Below the pieces are notes generated by a model that saw only the letters and a program-made list of their open reading frames with translations, searched no databases and was not told where the DNA came from. The position numbers and the translations under genes were made by a program. A DNA stretch of 64,000 bases from Octopus vulgaris (taxonomy: Eukaryota): NCBI GenBank assembly GCA_951406725.2, contig OX597817.1, positions 63,302,001 to 63,366,000 of the forward strand, written 5' to 3'. Position 1 is the stretch's first letter; each line of letters starts with the position of its first letter. Positions 1 to 14,600 of the stretch are shown one piece after another.

Positions 1-717
1 CTACTGCCACCTCCTAATTCAATTTGCAACAAGTAGGTATGATACAACCATTTATCGCAAGCTCCCTGAATCCATGTCTTGAAATAACTTAGCTGAAGAT
101 GCAAATCTTTGAGCAAATGAAGTTTAACAGAAATTTGAACTCAAAGCATAAAGACAGATGAAATACCATTATGCATTTTGCCCGGTGTGCTAACGCTTCT
201 GCCAGCTTAGAATCTAAACATTCATTTTAGAAATATATTCTTTATTCTTATTCCTTAAGCGTTATTCCCTTATTTACTGACATTAAATTTCATAACACTT
301 TACCTCATAACTCTTTTCCTACTCATTTTTGTTTAATGCGACTAGTGATTTTGAATTCCTCATGAATTTTTCTATCATTTAAGCCTAAGAACAGTATACT
401 TTTAATTTAAAATTAAAAAATGTATGTTAATTGAAGATGTATAGGTGCCTTACTGCCCCCTTTGAGGTTGCAGATATTTTGAAATAACTTTTTTCTACTG
501 AACCAAATATCGAACTATTTATGCCAAAGTGTAGTTGAGGAGGTGTCCTCTTTAAAACTATTTACAGTTTGCAATTTAGTTGAGAACTGAATTAGTGGTG
601 AAGCTTGGAAGCTGCTGTGATTGATGAAATGGTGAACTTAAGAATATATTCAACCACTACCGTGGTTGAATGATATATACATATATATCAATAACTTTGC
701 TAAAATCGTTATGCCAG

Positions 718-1090
718 GTGCAGGCTTGGCTGTGCAGTAAGAAGCTTGCTTCCTGATTACATGGTTCTGGGCTCAAACCACTGTGTAGCACAGTGTCTTC
801 TACTATAGCATCGGGCTGACCAAAGCCTTATGAGTGGGTTTGGTAAATGGAAACTGAAAGAAGCCTGTTGTGTGTATATATTTATATGTGTGTCTTTGTA
901 TCTGTGTTTGTCTCCCAACTATTGCTTGATAATTGACGTTGGTGTGTTTATGCACTTGTAACTTAGCAGTTTGGCAAAAAAGGCCGATAGAATAAGTCCT
1001 GAGATCGATTTCTTTGACTGAAAAAAGCCCTTTAAGGTGGTGCTCCGGCATGGCTGCAGTCAAACGTCTGAAACAAAGGAATTAAAGAAA
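718..1090 (+). mobile_element. tRNA-derived SINE, family A
   Basis: Head tggctgtg..gtaagaagcttgc..ggttc (A/B-box-like), shared body ccaaagccttgtgagtggatttggtagacggaaactgaaagaagcc, internal (TG/TA)n; more than 15 copies or fragments in the window. Confidence 0.8.
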
Positions 1091-1115
1091 GTGTAAATCT
1101 ATTTCTTACTCACCA

Positions 1116-1344
1116 TTAACCCTTTCAATACCAATCCGGATGAAACTGCTTCTGGCTCTGTAATACAAATGTCTTGTTTTCATAAGTTCTTATTTAAAAT
1201 CTTCCACAAACCTTAATCATAATTTATGTTCCTAACACTAGCTTAATGATAACTACGTTATTTCACTAAATTCATTGTTATATTTAAAATTAATCGAAAG
1301 AACCATAGAGCATCTCAACAGAAATATGGTAACAAAAGGGTTAA
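1116..1344. mobile_element. TTAA-flanked MITE (piggyBac-like)
   Basis: ttaa-ccctttc...aaaaggg-ttaa; same family at 26548-26773 and 50157-50386. Confidence 0.8.
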
Positions 1345-1645
1345 GCATGTATGCAGTGTCTGAAAATATTGGAAACTTTTGATGCTTAATCAGTGGCATC
1401 TAACAAAATAAGAATAAAATGTGTATCGAATGATTTAAAATTTTTTTTTGTTGTTTTAGATTCTTTTTATTTTTGTTTATTGGTTTCCACCAGGGGCTGT
1501 GGCCATGCTGATAAATTTTTAATGTTTATATCAAATAATGTTATTAAAATTGAGGGATGGGCAAGTATTAGAATTTAGGATTATCACAAGATTGTCCTTT
1601 AAACAAATAACAGTAAATATTTGAGTTAATGAACAAGTCTCTTTA

Positions 1646-2043
1646 TTCTTTTTACTCGTTTCTGTCATTTGACTGCGGCCATGCTGGAGCACCGCCTTTA
1701 GTCAAGGAAATCGATCCCAGGACTTATTCTTTGTAAGCCTGGTACTTATTCTATTGGTCTCTTTTGCTGAACCGCTAAGTTACGGGGACTTAAACACACC
1801 AGCATCGGTTGTCAAGTGATGTAGGGCAGACAAACACAGACACGCAAACACACAAACATATACATACATACATATATACGACAGGCTTCTTTCAGTTTCT
1901 GTCTATCAAATCCACTCACAAGACTTTGGTCGGCCCGAGGCTATTGTAGAAGACACTTGCCCAAGGTGCCGCGCAGTGGGACTGAACCTGGAACCATGTG
2001 GTTGGTAAGCAACCTACTTACCACACAGCCATTCCTGCACCTA
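1646..2043 (-). mobile_element. SINE family A, full length
   Basis: Reverse complement of the family A pattern. Confidence 0.85.
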
Positions 2044-2813
2044 TGCAGTTGCTTGAAATAGCAGTCAAATCTTACTAAAACCACACACCCTAGTGTTTTA
2101 GGAAAGAACACATTGACTATTGCAACTCCAGAGCATAGTATTCCTGCAAAAATAAAATATAAAAAAAATAAAAAAAAAGCAATAGGGTTATGTCTAGAAT
2201 ACTTTTTAATCTTCGACCTTCTTGATTAGGACTGATCTGAACTATGCAACCACAACAATACCCAGATATTTAGGGGGATGTTGTTACGTACCAAATTGGA
2301 TTATTCCAAATGTAATTTAATGCTATACAACTAAACTCTGCTAATAGTAATAAAATGTTTTGCGTACAATGAATTAACAATGTATAATGCAGAAACACTC
2401 TGCAGACTGAGATAGTTAATAAAATAGAAAGAAAATTTGAAAATTTTTTCTGTTTGTGTGTGGTCCTGTACCAAATGACCCATGGCCTGGTACTGGTCTG
2501 CAGTCTGGTAGTTGGGGACTCCTGCATTGTTCATTCTATTGACAAAACCAGTGTAACTGCAGCTACTTAATAAAATTAGCATATGGTTAGCCAGTGAGGG
2601 AGGTGTCTACATGGTTGCTTGGCCTGTTAGAAATAGCAGTCAGATCTCCAAATCACTTTCTATTCCCTTGAAAAAATATAAAAGGATGCAATGAATAGTG
2701 CAGCTCTTTTTATACCATCTTGAAAATTGTATGGGATGCTCTTGGTTGGAATGTTGTTGTTCTTACATCTGCTTAGTCAGACCGGAAGTTCAAGAGCAAC
2801 AACATTAGCATCT

Positions 2814-3223
2814 ATCTTTTACTTGTTTTAGTCATTTGACTGCAGCCTTGCTGGGGTACTGCCTCGAAGGATGGTTTTTTTTTGTGTAGCTGAAAAAAAT
2901 CAATCCCAGGATTTATTTTTTTAAAAACCTGGTACTTATATTATCGGTCACTTTTGCCGAACTGCTATGTTACGAGGGCGTAAACACACCAACACTAGTT
3001 GTCAAGTGGTAGTGGGGGACAAACAGACAGACAGACATGTATACACACACACACACGTGTGACAAATTTCTTTCAGTTTCAGTTTACCAAATCCACTCAC
3101 AAGGCTTTGATCGACGTGAGGTTATAGTAGAAAACACTTGCCCAAGGTGCTATGCAGTGGGACTGAACCCGGAACCATGTGGTGGGGAAGCAAGCTTCTT
3201 ACCACACAGCCATGTCTGCACGT
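2814..3223 (-). mobile_element. SINE family A
   Basis: Same family, reverse orientation. Confidence 0.8.
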
Positions 3224-4307
3224 AGGAAGTTAAACTTTTCATAGAATTAAAACTAATGGTGTATAGTTTAGCATTTATAATTGATGGGAGGGATGAAGTT
3301 ATCCTCAAACTGGAAACCTTGCCCATTGTACCAGGTAGTGATGTTAAATTGGGCAACAAGTCTATCACCTGGATAAGCCATGGCAAAATTTGAACTCAGA
3401 ACATAAAGAAGTGTGATATTTTGTTCCAGAGAAACGTCTCAAAGAGACATGTGCATTAAAAAGCAAACAAAAGGAAGCTCTTTAATAAGTGTCCCTTTAA
3501 TTATTATGTATAGAATACATATATATTACAATTATAATACATGTATAAATGCAGAAGCACTCTGCAGACTGAGATAGTTAATAAAATAGAAAGAAAATTT
3601 GAAAATATTTTCTGTGTGTGTATGGTCCTGTACCAAATGATCCATGGCCTGGTACTGGTCTTCAGTCTGGTATTTGGGGATTCCTGCATTGCAGTTAGTG
3701 CTACTCTGTTGTATCTTCTCTACTGTGAAACACTTGTTTTTGTCCTATTCATACTCTGACCTCTCATTGAATTAATCATGTATTATGTTGTAGTTTAGAG
3801 ATTGCAGTGATGTGATTTTTAAAGTTTTAGAATAACCTTTAGCATTCAAACTGGCCATATCCAGCCAGAATATTTAACCTGTTTTATATTGAAACTGACC
3901 AGAGCTCGCCTCTTACCTCAGCCCTACCATGTCATTCTAAAACTAAAAAAATCACATCACTGCAATCCCTAAACTACAAGATAATACATGATTAATTCAA
4001 AACAATATATATAAACAAACATCACATTTGACAGAATAATCTGAACACTAAAGGGTTAATACTATTCTGCACTTAGTTGAGGTGTTTTTGCAAGTTATTT
4101 GGTGACCTTGTTGGTGCCATAGAGAAAGCACCCAGTACAACACTCTGTGAAGGGGTTGGTTATTAGGCAGGATATCCAGCCATAAATAAACCATGCCAAA
4201 GTTGATGGTAGAGCTTGGTGCAGTCTTACGGTTTGCCAGCTCCTACCAAACTCTCCAACTCACGCCAACATGAAAGATGGATGTTAAATAAAGATGATGA
4301 CAATGAC

Positions 4308-4366
<59 letters not shown>

Positions 4367-4546
4367 TTGTTTCTGATATGTATAATGTATAATAATTTCT
4401 TTATAGAAATGTTTGAAGGTATTGTTCTCAATTTTTTTGAGTCAGTCTTCTGTTTTCTTGTTTACTGCCAAATTTTGTCCACTGTTTCTTTCTCTCTAAA
4501 CTGTATAGTTATCATTTACATTTATGAATGCCCTTTTACATTTTAG

Positions 4547-4680
4547 GGGGAACCACTACATTGGTTGGCATGTGCTGCTTATGTAGCTTGCAGACGGAGT
4601 GTGGTTCCGACGGTTGGACAAGGGACCATGGAGGGGAATTGTGTTTCTCTGACCCGGCTTCTTTCTACAGCTGATTTTAA
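4547..4680 (+). CDS. RBL1: RBL exon 1 of 23 seen: GEPLHWLACAAYVACRRSVVPTVGQGTMEGNCVSLTRLLSTADF
   Basis: ttttag acceptor, gtaagg donor, 134 nt; matches p107/p130 N-terminal domain. Confidence 0.95.
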
Positions 4681-4703
4681 GTAAGGAATTTTTTTTACAT
4701 GCA

Positions 4704-4744
<41 letters not shown>

Positions 4745-4867
4745 ATATATATGTATGTATGTGTGTGTGTGTGTGTATATATATATATGTATATGTGTGT
4801 GTGTGTGTATATATATATATGTATGTGTGTGTGTGTGTGTATATATATATGTATGTGTGTGTGTGTA

Positions 4868-4907
<40 letters not shown>

Positions 4908-7341
4908 AGTATATATATATGTATATATCATTTTAATGTCTACTTTTCCATGCTTTCATGGGTTGGGTGTATGTTTGTGTATGTGTATATATGTGTATGT
5001 ATGAGTGTGTATACATATATTTAAATGTGTGTGTACCTTAAGAGTTTGATCTGGTACCCTGCCACTACCCTTTTTAGCTTCTTTCACCCATCCTTATATA
5101 ATGTTGAGTAGCCATAGTGTTTGTTCTTCTATCATACTTTAGCCCCTCAGCACCTAATGTGAAGCTATTTCCCCCCTCACAAATACTCCCTCAATGTAGT
5201 TCAGTGGGGCATTTTGCTATTCTTTTTTTTTTTTTTTTGTTTTACAAGTTATTTGGTGACCTCATTAATGCTGGTGGCATGAAAAAGGTACCCAGTACAC
5301 ACTGTAAAGTGGTAACCTTTGCTCCTAGCAGTCACAGATTGGTAGCTAAGTTCATGATGAAGATGCCTTTAAAATTGAGCACTTACCCAAGCAAGCCTGT
5401 TGACATTAACACTAACAACTGATAACAGGTTATCTGTCTAGAAGGGCAGTCAGAGCAAATAAGAACTGAGATAGGGTGGAAAGGAGTTAATCTCTCTTGT
5501 GCAAGTGGCATAATAAAGTGAGAACTGAGATATAGGGTGGGAGGGAGTTAAACGTTCCCAATTCATATTGTAAGATATAATATACAACATAAAAATTGTT
5601 GAGTTTTCTTTGTTACTATGTATGCAAGATGATGACAATTGAAATCTGGCCAGCTCCATGTTAGACCATCCAACCCACGCCAGTATGGAAAGTGGACATT
5701 GAACGATGATGATGATGTGTATAAGCCTCTTCACTGCTTGATCAAATTGATGTGTGGTCAAAGATATTCTTGCCATGGTCAACCTGTCTTTTTGCATTTT
5801 ATCCTCAATCATTGTGTATCTTGAACAGTTATTGATTATACATGTTCGTTTTTCAAAAGATGTGATTTGAATGAGATGTGACTGTTATTTCTAGAAGATT
5901 GACATTTGTATGGAGACCCCCCCCTATGTAGGCTTGCATTTCATTAGCATTTGTTAATGGGTGATATCAGCATGGACTTATTTATTTTTGAAATGAGAAA
6001 ACTGATCTGAAGGTTTTTGTGCATTATATTGATATGTTAGCTCAGTCCCACTATGTGGCACCTTGAGCAAGTGTCTTCTATTATAGCCCCAGGCTGACCA
6101 ACACATTGTGAATGAATTTGGTAGATGGAAATTGTATGGAAACCTGTTGTGTATGAGTGTAGCTGTGTGATAAGAAGCTTACTTACAATATGAATTGAGA
6201 ACATTTAACATGGTTCCAGGTTCAGTCCCACTGCGTAGAACCTTGGGCAAGTCTTTTCTACTATAGCCTTGGGCTGACTAAAGTCTTGTGAGTGGATTTG
6301 GTGGACAAAAACTGAAAGAGGCCTGTTATATATATATGGCATGAGGAAGGGCATCCAGCTGTAGAAACTTTGCCAGATAAAATTGGAGCCTGGTGCAGCC
6401 TTCTGGCTTGCCATCTCTCAGTCAAACTGTCCAATCCATGCCAGCATGGAAGGCGGATGTTAGACAATGACGATGATGATGCTGATGTATGTATTTGTGT
6501 GTATATGTGTGTGTCTCTGTTTGTCCTCCCACCATTGCTTGTCAACTGGATAGACAGACACAGTGTGTAGATGTTGAACTGATAGACAAACACAATGTGT
6601 AGATGTTTACTGGATAGAGACACAGTGTGTAGATGTTTACTGGATAGACAGACACAGTGTGTAGATGTTTACTGGATAGAGACACAGTGTGAAGATGTTT
6701 ACTGGATAGAGACACAGTGTGTAGATGTTTACTGGATAGACAGACACAGTGTGTAGATGTTAACCAGATAGATAGACACAGTGTGTTGATAGATGTCATC
6801 ACTTGTGATGACACTGGTGCTAAGCTGTATTGGCCCTAAAGTAATGGTGTGGAAAGGTGGGAGATTTTCATGTATAGGAAAGTGTTAGTCTTTTACAAAA
6901 AGAAAAAGGAGAAAGAAAAGCCTTGCTCAGGTATGCACATAAATGGTTAACCCCTACCTATAGAGCTTCTACTCCTGTTCAATATATCTTGCCTTTTCAA
7001 GGCAGTAGGATGTGGGTTGAGTGAGATTGGGTGCTATTTCTTGCAGATTAAACAAAATTATGTTGAGGTTCTCTCGTTGTCACAAGTAATTCTTGGTGTG
7101 CTCCTAAAATTTGCCTTTATACATACATCGAAGTATTGGAGCTGAGATTTTTGCTTTTTTGTTCCATCTTACACAAATTTTATGCAGGTGTGGCTGTGTG
7201 GTAAGAAGCTTGCTTCCCAACGACATGGTTCTGGGTTCAGTCCCACAGCATTACACCTGTGGCAAGTGTCCTTTACTATAGTCTTGGACTAACCAAAGCC
7301 TTGTGAGTGGATTTGGTAGACGGAAACTGAAAGAAGCCTGT

Positions 7342-7389
<48 letters not shown>

Positions 7390-8645
7390 CGGTTCAGCAA
7401 AGAGACCGATACATACATAGCGGTTCAGCAAAAGAGACCGATACATACATAGCGGTTCAGCAAAAGAGACCGATAGAAGTACCAGGCTTACAAAGGATAA
7501 GTCTAGGGGTCGACTTCTTCAACTAAATAGCTGAAACAAGAAAAAGAATAAAACCCTCTTGTATAGCTGCCGTAGGTAAGCAAGGATTTAAATCTGGTTT
7601 ATTTATGGTTGTCATTCACTCCTGACATATAAAAATTTTTTTTTTTCTAACTCTTTTGCATTCAGATTACTCTGTCATATGTAATGCTTTCTTATTCACA
7701 ATGTTTTGAATTAATCTTGCATTATCTCAGTGGTTCCCCATCTTTTACAGGCTGCTGTCCCCTTGGTTCTAAAGCCATATTCCTAGTGCCCCCTCCCCCT
7801 ATTCACCATCACAGACATAGACCATTTTTTGCAACACTTTCAAAACAACAGTATTTCACAAATCAAACTTAATCTTATTAACCCTTTATTTTGTTTTTTT
7901 CTTTTATATCCATTGCCCCATTTTGGTCACCTCATTATCACCCCATTTTTTCCACTTTGGGAACCACTGCTTTATCTCGTAGTTTTGAGATTTTGCTGAT
8001 GTGATTGTATATTTTTAGAATGACCTTGTAGGAGAAGCGTGAGAAGCTAGATCTAGCCTGTTTGAACTTAAAACAAGTGGAATATTTGGACCAGATTTGA
8101 TCAGTTTAACTGCTAAAGGATTAATTTTAAAAAATTTTATTTCCAGCTTGATTCACTTCTTCAGCAAAATGAAGAAATGGTTGAACATGGCAAGTTTGCC
8201 TCAAGATTTCAGAGATAAGATTGAACGTCTTGAGAGGAACTTTTCAGTATCTACAGTGACTTTCAAAAAGTACCGGCCAATATTCTATGATGTTTTCAAC
8301 AGTGCCTCAGTCCAACCACGGTATAACCGTAGCAGGAAACAACGGTAAATTCTTTCATTATTTATATGATTGCATTTTTACTTCTTTCAAAAATGATATT
8401 TCTTTGAAGAATGTTTCGGTTATTTCTGAAGTTGTTGTTGTTGTTGTTCAGCTCTGATCAGACTCATGGTTAAAGATAATCCAGCCATTATCATCCCATC
8501 TTTTTGTTTATGTATTACTTCCCAACCACATTTTGGGTTCAGTTTCATTATGCAGCACTTTGGGTCTGAGTTTTCTACTATAGCCCTGGGCCAACTTAAG
8601 CCTTTTAAGGGAACTTGGTAGACAGAAACTTAAAGAAGTCTATTG

Positions 8646-8686
<41 letters not shown>

Positions 8687-11600
8687 GTCTGTGTTTACGT
8701 TTGGGCCCTATAGAAGCTGCTTGCTGTGAGTAATGTTGTCACTTCTGTTGATGAATCATCTACTTATTTTGTTCCTCCAAAGACATGTTAAATATGATTC
8801 CTTATTTGAAAAACTGGCATGGGTTGATGACAGGAAGAGCATCCAACTGTAAAACAATACCTGTATAATATATTTGTCTAACCTATGCTAGGATAGAGAA
8901 ATGGGTGTAAATATGAATGTATAAGCATACAGCTAGGTATATTCATCCTTTTTCAAAACATTAAGGTGTAATTTGAGATAGATTTGGCTGCTGCATTTAT
9001 TTGGTCAAATGACCATGTAGAGCAGGCATGGGGTACTTTTTTTTTTTTTTGAGAAGAGGGTTGCATCATCAGGCAGGCTGCACTAAAAAAATTCAAGGTA
9101 ACTTTTCATTAGACATGTTATTCAGAAAGTCTCATGGGCTGCAGTTTACCAATGACTGATGTAGAGACTCTCTTGTCTAAGTATATTTTTGCAGAAAAAT
9201 GGGCATCTGGGATAAATGAGGGAGCTAGATCAGATGATACAATGATTAAATTCCGACTGATAATAATAAGCAATGTGAACAACCTCTCTAAATTTTAGGT
9301 CCCAAATATAAAGGTTGGTGTCTGAGCAAAAGAATCAGTTTTTATGAGGCTCTTATGCAACTGCCTTGAGAATAGATGGTAGCGATTTTGTCATCTTAGC
9401 AGATTTTAATGGTCACCATACTTATTTGTACAAGGAACTTTAATATTGACAGGTGGATTGGTTTTATACTTATTGGAAAATGTAATGGATTGTTAGTTGT
9501 GATATGAAGACCACCATTGCCTTCTCCATTGAGGAATTTATCCATTTCATATAAAATAGCAATTAATGAATTGGCTAGGGATAGTACGGACCTGAAACCA
9601 AGAACAAGTAAAAAGAAGAGATTTGCAATTTCTATGATCTTTCTGTTAAGCAAAACTTTTGAAAAGCGCAAGGTGATACTTATAATATAGAGAGGGAGGA
9701 TTGTACAATTGTCTAGTGGTATTTGTTACATCTCTATACTCCTTGAGTTCAAGATGGTGAGCCAACAGAATCATTGGTGTGTTGGACAAAATGCTTAGTG
9801 GCATTTTTTCTGGTTCTTTATGTTCTGAGTTCAAATACCGGAGAGGTCAACTTGCCTATCATTCTATTAGGGTCAATAACATAAAGTACCAGTCAAGTAC
9901 TGGAGTTGATGTTGTTGGCTTTATCCTTCCCGCTAAAATTGTTAACTTTGTGGTAAAATTTGAGACAATTATGTTGTGAGTTCATATCCCATAGGGGCTG
10001 ATTTTTACCTTACATCTCTCTAGGGCTGATAAATTAAATACCAGTAAAATACTGGGCATTATTAAATTGACTTGAACCAAACTAAGAAATTGTTATGAGT
10101 AGCTAGTAATGATATCCAGAAGCAAGGCGTTGAATTTATCTGACTTTGTGTAGGAGGTTGACTGAGGTTCTGCTCTATGAAGATTAGATGTTTGGCATGT
10201 TCTGAATCATAATGAAGAGCATTCATAGGAATGAAGATGTTGAAATATGTTCAAGATGACAATGACGTACTTGTTGTTGGCAATAGTGAAACCAAGTGGT
10301 GTAGCAATCTTTGAGGGGTTGTTAAATAAGGAACATGAATGACATAGTGAAAGCTACTTCAAGTGAAACCAACAGTAGGGCTAATTATAAACATCAATCT
10401 GTTTCTGATTTGTAAGTATTGTAATACACGTGTTAGATCTAGTATATTTCTGTTTGCATCTGTCTCTTGAATTTATGTTGATTTCTTTTCTCTTTTTGTT
10501 TCAGTAAATTGCCCTGTTCTGTGACAGAATTATTTTCTTTCTGTTGGACAATGTTTGTACAGGTCAAAGGTAAGTTTTCAGTTTGTTCAATGTCAACAAT
10601 TGTTAATTTTCAGATATATTATTTTTGGTTTTTAAACGAGGGTTGAGGGTTGAAAGATAAGCTGAGTGAATATTTCCAGTCAGTCATTGAATATGGGTAC
10701 AAAATATGAACATAATATACAGCTACATTAGGAGTTGGCTTGAAGAGTTGAAAGTTTATATCTGATCTGATTACAAATACTGTTTTTTACTTGGTGGTGA
10801 AACACATATTTATGGCTCAATCAACAAAAGTGTAATTAGATAAAATGGCTAACTACAGTACTGAATGTGGTGTACAATTAACAAGTATTGCCTAAACTTA
10901 TACCATGAAATGGAAGTGTAACCCCATGGTTTTAGAGCAGAAAATTGGAAGCTCTTGTGGGATTGAAAATTCAGCAAGGTTGAAAAACAGCATAAAGTAT
11001 TAGAAATGAACAGTAAATATACCAACTTCCAGGAAGGAAAAAAGAAAGAACAAAGGAACTATATTAATGAAGCATGAATCCTTTTTTGGAGGAAAAGGAA
11101 ATAGGAAGTTAAAATGTTTCAGTGTTAGTAAAAATCATGTGAAATGGCTTTTTCATTTTTTTTTCTTTTTTGGTCTGTCTGGCACAAGGCTGCAAAATTT
11201 TTAGGGAAATGGTGTAGTCACTTGAATCAACTGAAACATTACTGAGATGTTAGTAACACATTACTAGTATTTATTTTATCCACAAAATAAACTCTAGTTG
11301 AAAATCAACTCTAGTGGTGTGTCTGATTATAAAGGAACATTCTCTTTGTGGTTTCCTTCAAGTACTTAGTTCTGTCTTGATAGCCTTTTATCTTTTATGT
11401 AAGTGTAGGCTGCTTCCCAGCCATGTTGTTTTGGGTTCAGTCCCATAGAATGGGCATGTTTTCATTCATCTATAACCCTGGGTCAACCAGAACCTTGCGA
11501 GTGGATTTTGTAGATGGAAATTGAAAGAATCTTATCGCTTGTGTGTACACACACACACATGCACACAGTCTGATGACGGCTTAGCTGGCTGAAGCTTCGA

Positions 11601-14600
11601 AGTCACTGTCAACAATATTCTTGTTTCTAAGAGCAATAAATTTGTACTGTACAAAAGTATAGAGTATCCTGTCAGATTAATGTAGAATTGTTTATAACTG
11701 AACATAAAAACAAACATTTATATATACATACACACACATATATATACATACATGTGTGTGTCCCCAAGAATTTTGGTGTTATCTTGGTTAGCTGTTCAAA
11801 CTCTTCTTTACTTTTTTACAGGCCATTTTCCAGCAATCAGTGATGACCTGGTTAACTCTTATCATTTATTGCTGTGCTGCATTGATTGGTGTTATGCAAA
11901 TGCCTTGATTGCTGGACGTAAAGATATTCTTAACCACAGTTTTGCAGGTAAGTCCGGTGGGGGTTATTTATTTATTTGACTAATGTAATCTTAATGGATT
12001 GGATTTGCAGGATTGTGCTTTGTGCTTCCATTCTGAGTTTAAATCCAACCAACTTTCATCAATTCCGGAAAGGTGAAAAATTTTACGTTTTTCACTTTTC
12101 AGGAATTGATGAAAGCTAATACCATGATTTAATTGAATATAGCCTCTTCACAGAAATTTGTGCCTTTGCTCAAAAGTTAGAAATTAATGTTAACTAGTTT
12201 GTCTAGGACAAACTAGTTAACATTATTTAATTCTTGAAGTGAGAAATAGAAAATGATTTGGCTTTGTCAGTTTGATTGTAGCTGGCAGAAATGTTAGCAC
12301 GCCAGGCGAAATGCATAGCCATATTTCGTCTGCCGTTACGTTCTGAGTTCAAATTCCACTGAGGTAGACTTTGCCTTTCATCCTTTCGGGGTCGATAAAT
12401 TAAGTACCAGTTACGCACTGGGGTCGATGTAATCGACTTAATCCGTTTGTCTGTTCTTGTTTGTCCCCTCTGTGTTTAACCCCTTGTGGGTAGTAAAGAA
12501 ATAATTAATACAATAAATGTCCAAGAAGGTGTTAAAAAATGCGTGGGATTAAACAAAACGGGGTTATATAAAAATGAGAGAAGAGCTGGAAACATTACAC
12601 ATGTTGTGATATTAAGATGGTTTTGATTAATTACACAAAATTAATGTGTGTATACACACACACACAGACAGTCACATACACATGCATATATACACAGATG
12701 AAGTGATATAATTTAAGGAAAACATACAGCCTCCTGGGACAGATCAGGGCTCCCCCCCCCCAACTCTGATCATATCCCCCCCCCAGGTACTGTCTCAAAA
12801 GTGCCCATAATCAATGTCTCTGTTGCGATTTTGATAAAGCCCTGTGTTGCACTCAAGAATGGTTTTCATTGCAGTTTATCTTCTGCATGCTTCACATAAT
12901 TGGAGCCCATCTCTTAAATTTCCCCTGAGTTTCTCATCAGTACTTTTTCCATATGAAGCACTGTGAAAGCATGATCTTGTGAAAGTGATGAGGCTGGGTT
13001 TTTCTTTGGATGTTTTTAGTCACCTTCCATGCAAGTTCATTCTTCTTTTGTGGGAGGTCTTTTATCTATCTTCTTTTTGTTTTCTACCATCCTTAGCAAT
13101 TTTCTACTTCCTGTTCATTGTTCTCTTCCATCTCGTTATCTCAAGATGTTAGGGTGGAGCTACTTGATGGAAAGGGCTTCTAGGATTAAAGATGGAGCAA
13201 AGCTTCCATCCACCTTCTGAGCTGTAACTGGTGGTATTCTGTTAACAGTAACCTCTACATTGGTGGTTCTCAACCGTTTTTTTTGTCTATGGACCCCTCT
13301 GATCTCTATTTTACTCCACAGGATGTAGTCTTTTGATACTCTTTCACTTGTTTCAGTCATTTGACTGTGGCCATGCTGGAGCACCACCTTTAGTTGAGCA
13401 AATCGACCCCAGGACTTATTCTTTGTAAGCCTAGTACTTATTTTATCTGTCTCTTTTGCAGAACTGCTAAGTCACGGCGACGTAAACACACCAGCATCAG
13501 TTGTCAAGTGATGTTTGGGGGACAAACACAAACACACACATACACACGCATATATATATACATATATACGATGGGCTTCTTTCAGTTTCCGTCTTCCAAA
13601 TCCACTCACAAGGCTTTGGTCGACCCAAGGCTATAATAGAAGACACTTGGCCAAGGTCCCACGCAGTGGGACTGAACCTGGAACCATGTTGTTGGTAAAC
13701 AAGCTACTTACCATACAGCCACTCCTACGCTTATAGGAGTGTATAAAAAAATCTTACTGTATCTTTATAATTAAAAATTATTAGGAATTGTATAGAAAAA
13801 ATGCTGAAATATTTTGTGTATTATAGAAGTATAAGCAATTTATTGTACATAGATTTTAACAAGAAAGTCTTATATGGACCCCAGTTGAGAACCCTTGCTC
13901 TAGATTCTCTTGTTGCTGCTGGCTCTGTTGCTCTCTCTTTCTCCACTTTTTGAGTTCTTCAGGGCAGAAAGCTTTCAAACAATCCTGTCATGTGTATAGC
14001 AACTAAGCTTTCTGGCCAGCACACTAGTCTTATGGCCCTTCATTTCATATATTTGATATGGCTCAGCTCTTTGTTATTCAGGGGTTGTATATGCATTGAG
14101 ATGCCACCTGACTGTATGTCATTTCCTTGGCATGCATCACCTGTTTGTATTGTGCTGCAAAAGTGTGACAACAAGCAAGGTTTAGTCATATCTGATATCT
14201 TTGGCTGTAGGCCTCATATTGTGTTAATCCATATATATATATATATGTATGCACTGATTTGCTTCCTTACTTTTAAAAACTAGCCATATGATTCCATAAG
14301 CATTCAAACAGGCAATAACCAACCATAATATTCTACCTGTTTTATGTTCAAACTGGCCAGATCTGGCCTCTGCCATCTATCCTATAATGTCATTCTAAAT
14401 ATTAAATAACTAGCAGTATCGCCCGGCGTTGCTCGGGTTTGTTTTGACCCTTTAGAATTGGAATTTTTGAAAAGTAAAAATTTTGCATTATGTAGCTTGT
14501 TATTCTCTTTAAGTGAACATTTTTCTGGTTGAAATACACTGAAAAATGGCGACACAGCTGTCAAAAAATCGTAAAAAATAGGGATTTTCATAGGAAAAAA

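Noticed and set aside
1-4546. First RBL exon or promoter
   Set aside because: No sequence encoding the expected N-terminal helix ending ..NYTLE before a donor, and no GC-rich promoter-like region; it is probably upstream of the window.
4699-5024. Overlapping ORFs rich in Y/I/C/V/M
   Set aside because: Translation of (TA)n/(TG)n microsatellite; the same applies to ORFs near 19.8 kb, 52 kb, 54.5 kb and 63.1-63.6 kb.
6546-6788. CRISPR-like array of ~30-bp repeats
   Set aside because: Units are contiguous with no unique spacers, the context is a eukaryotic intron, and there are no cas genes.
13394-13736. Recurring ORFs such as ..RASFSFRLPNPLTRLWS.. and ..QIHSQGFGRP..
   Set aside because: Chance open frames within copies of SINE family A, not a gene family.
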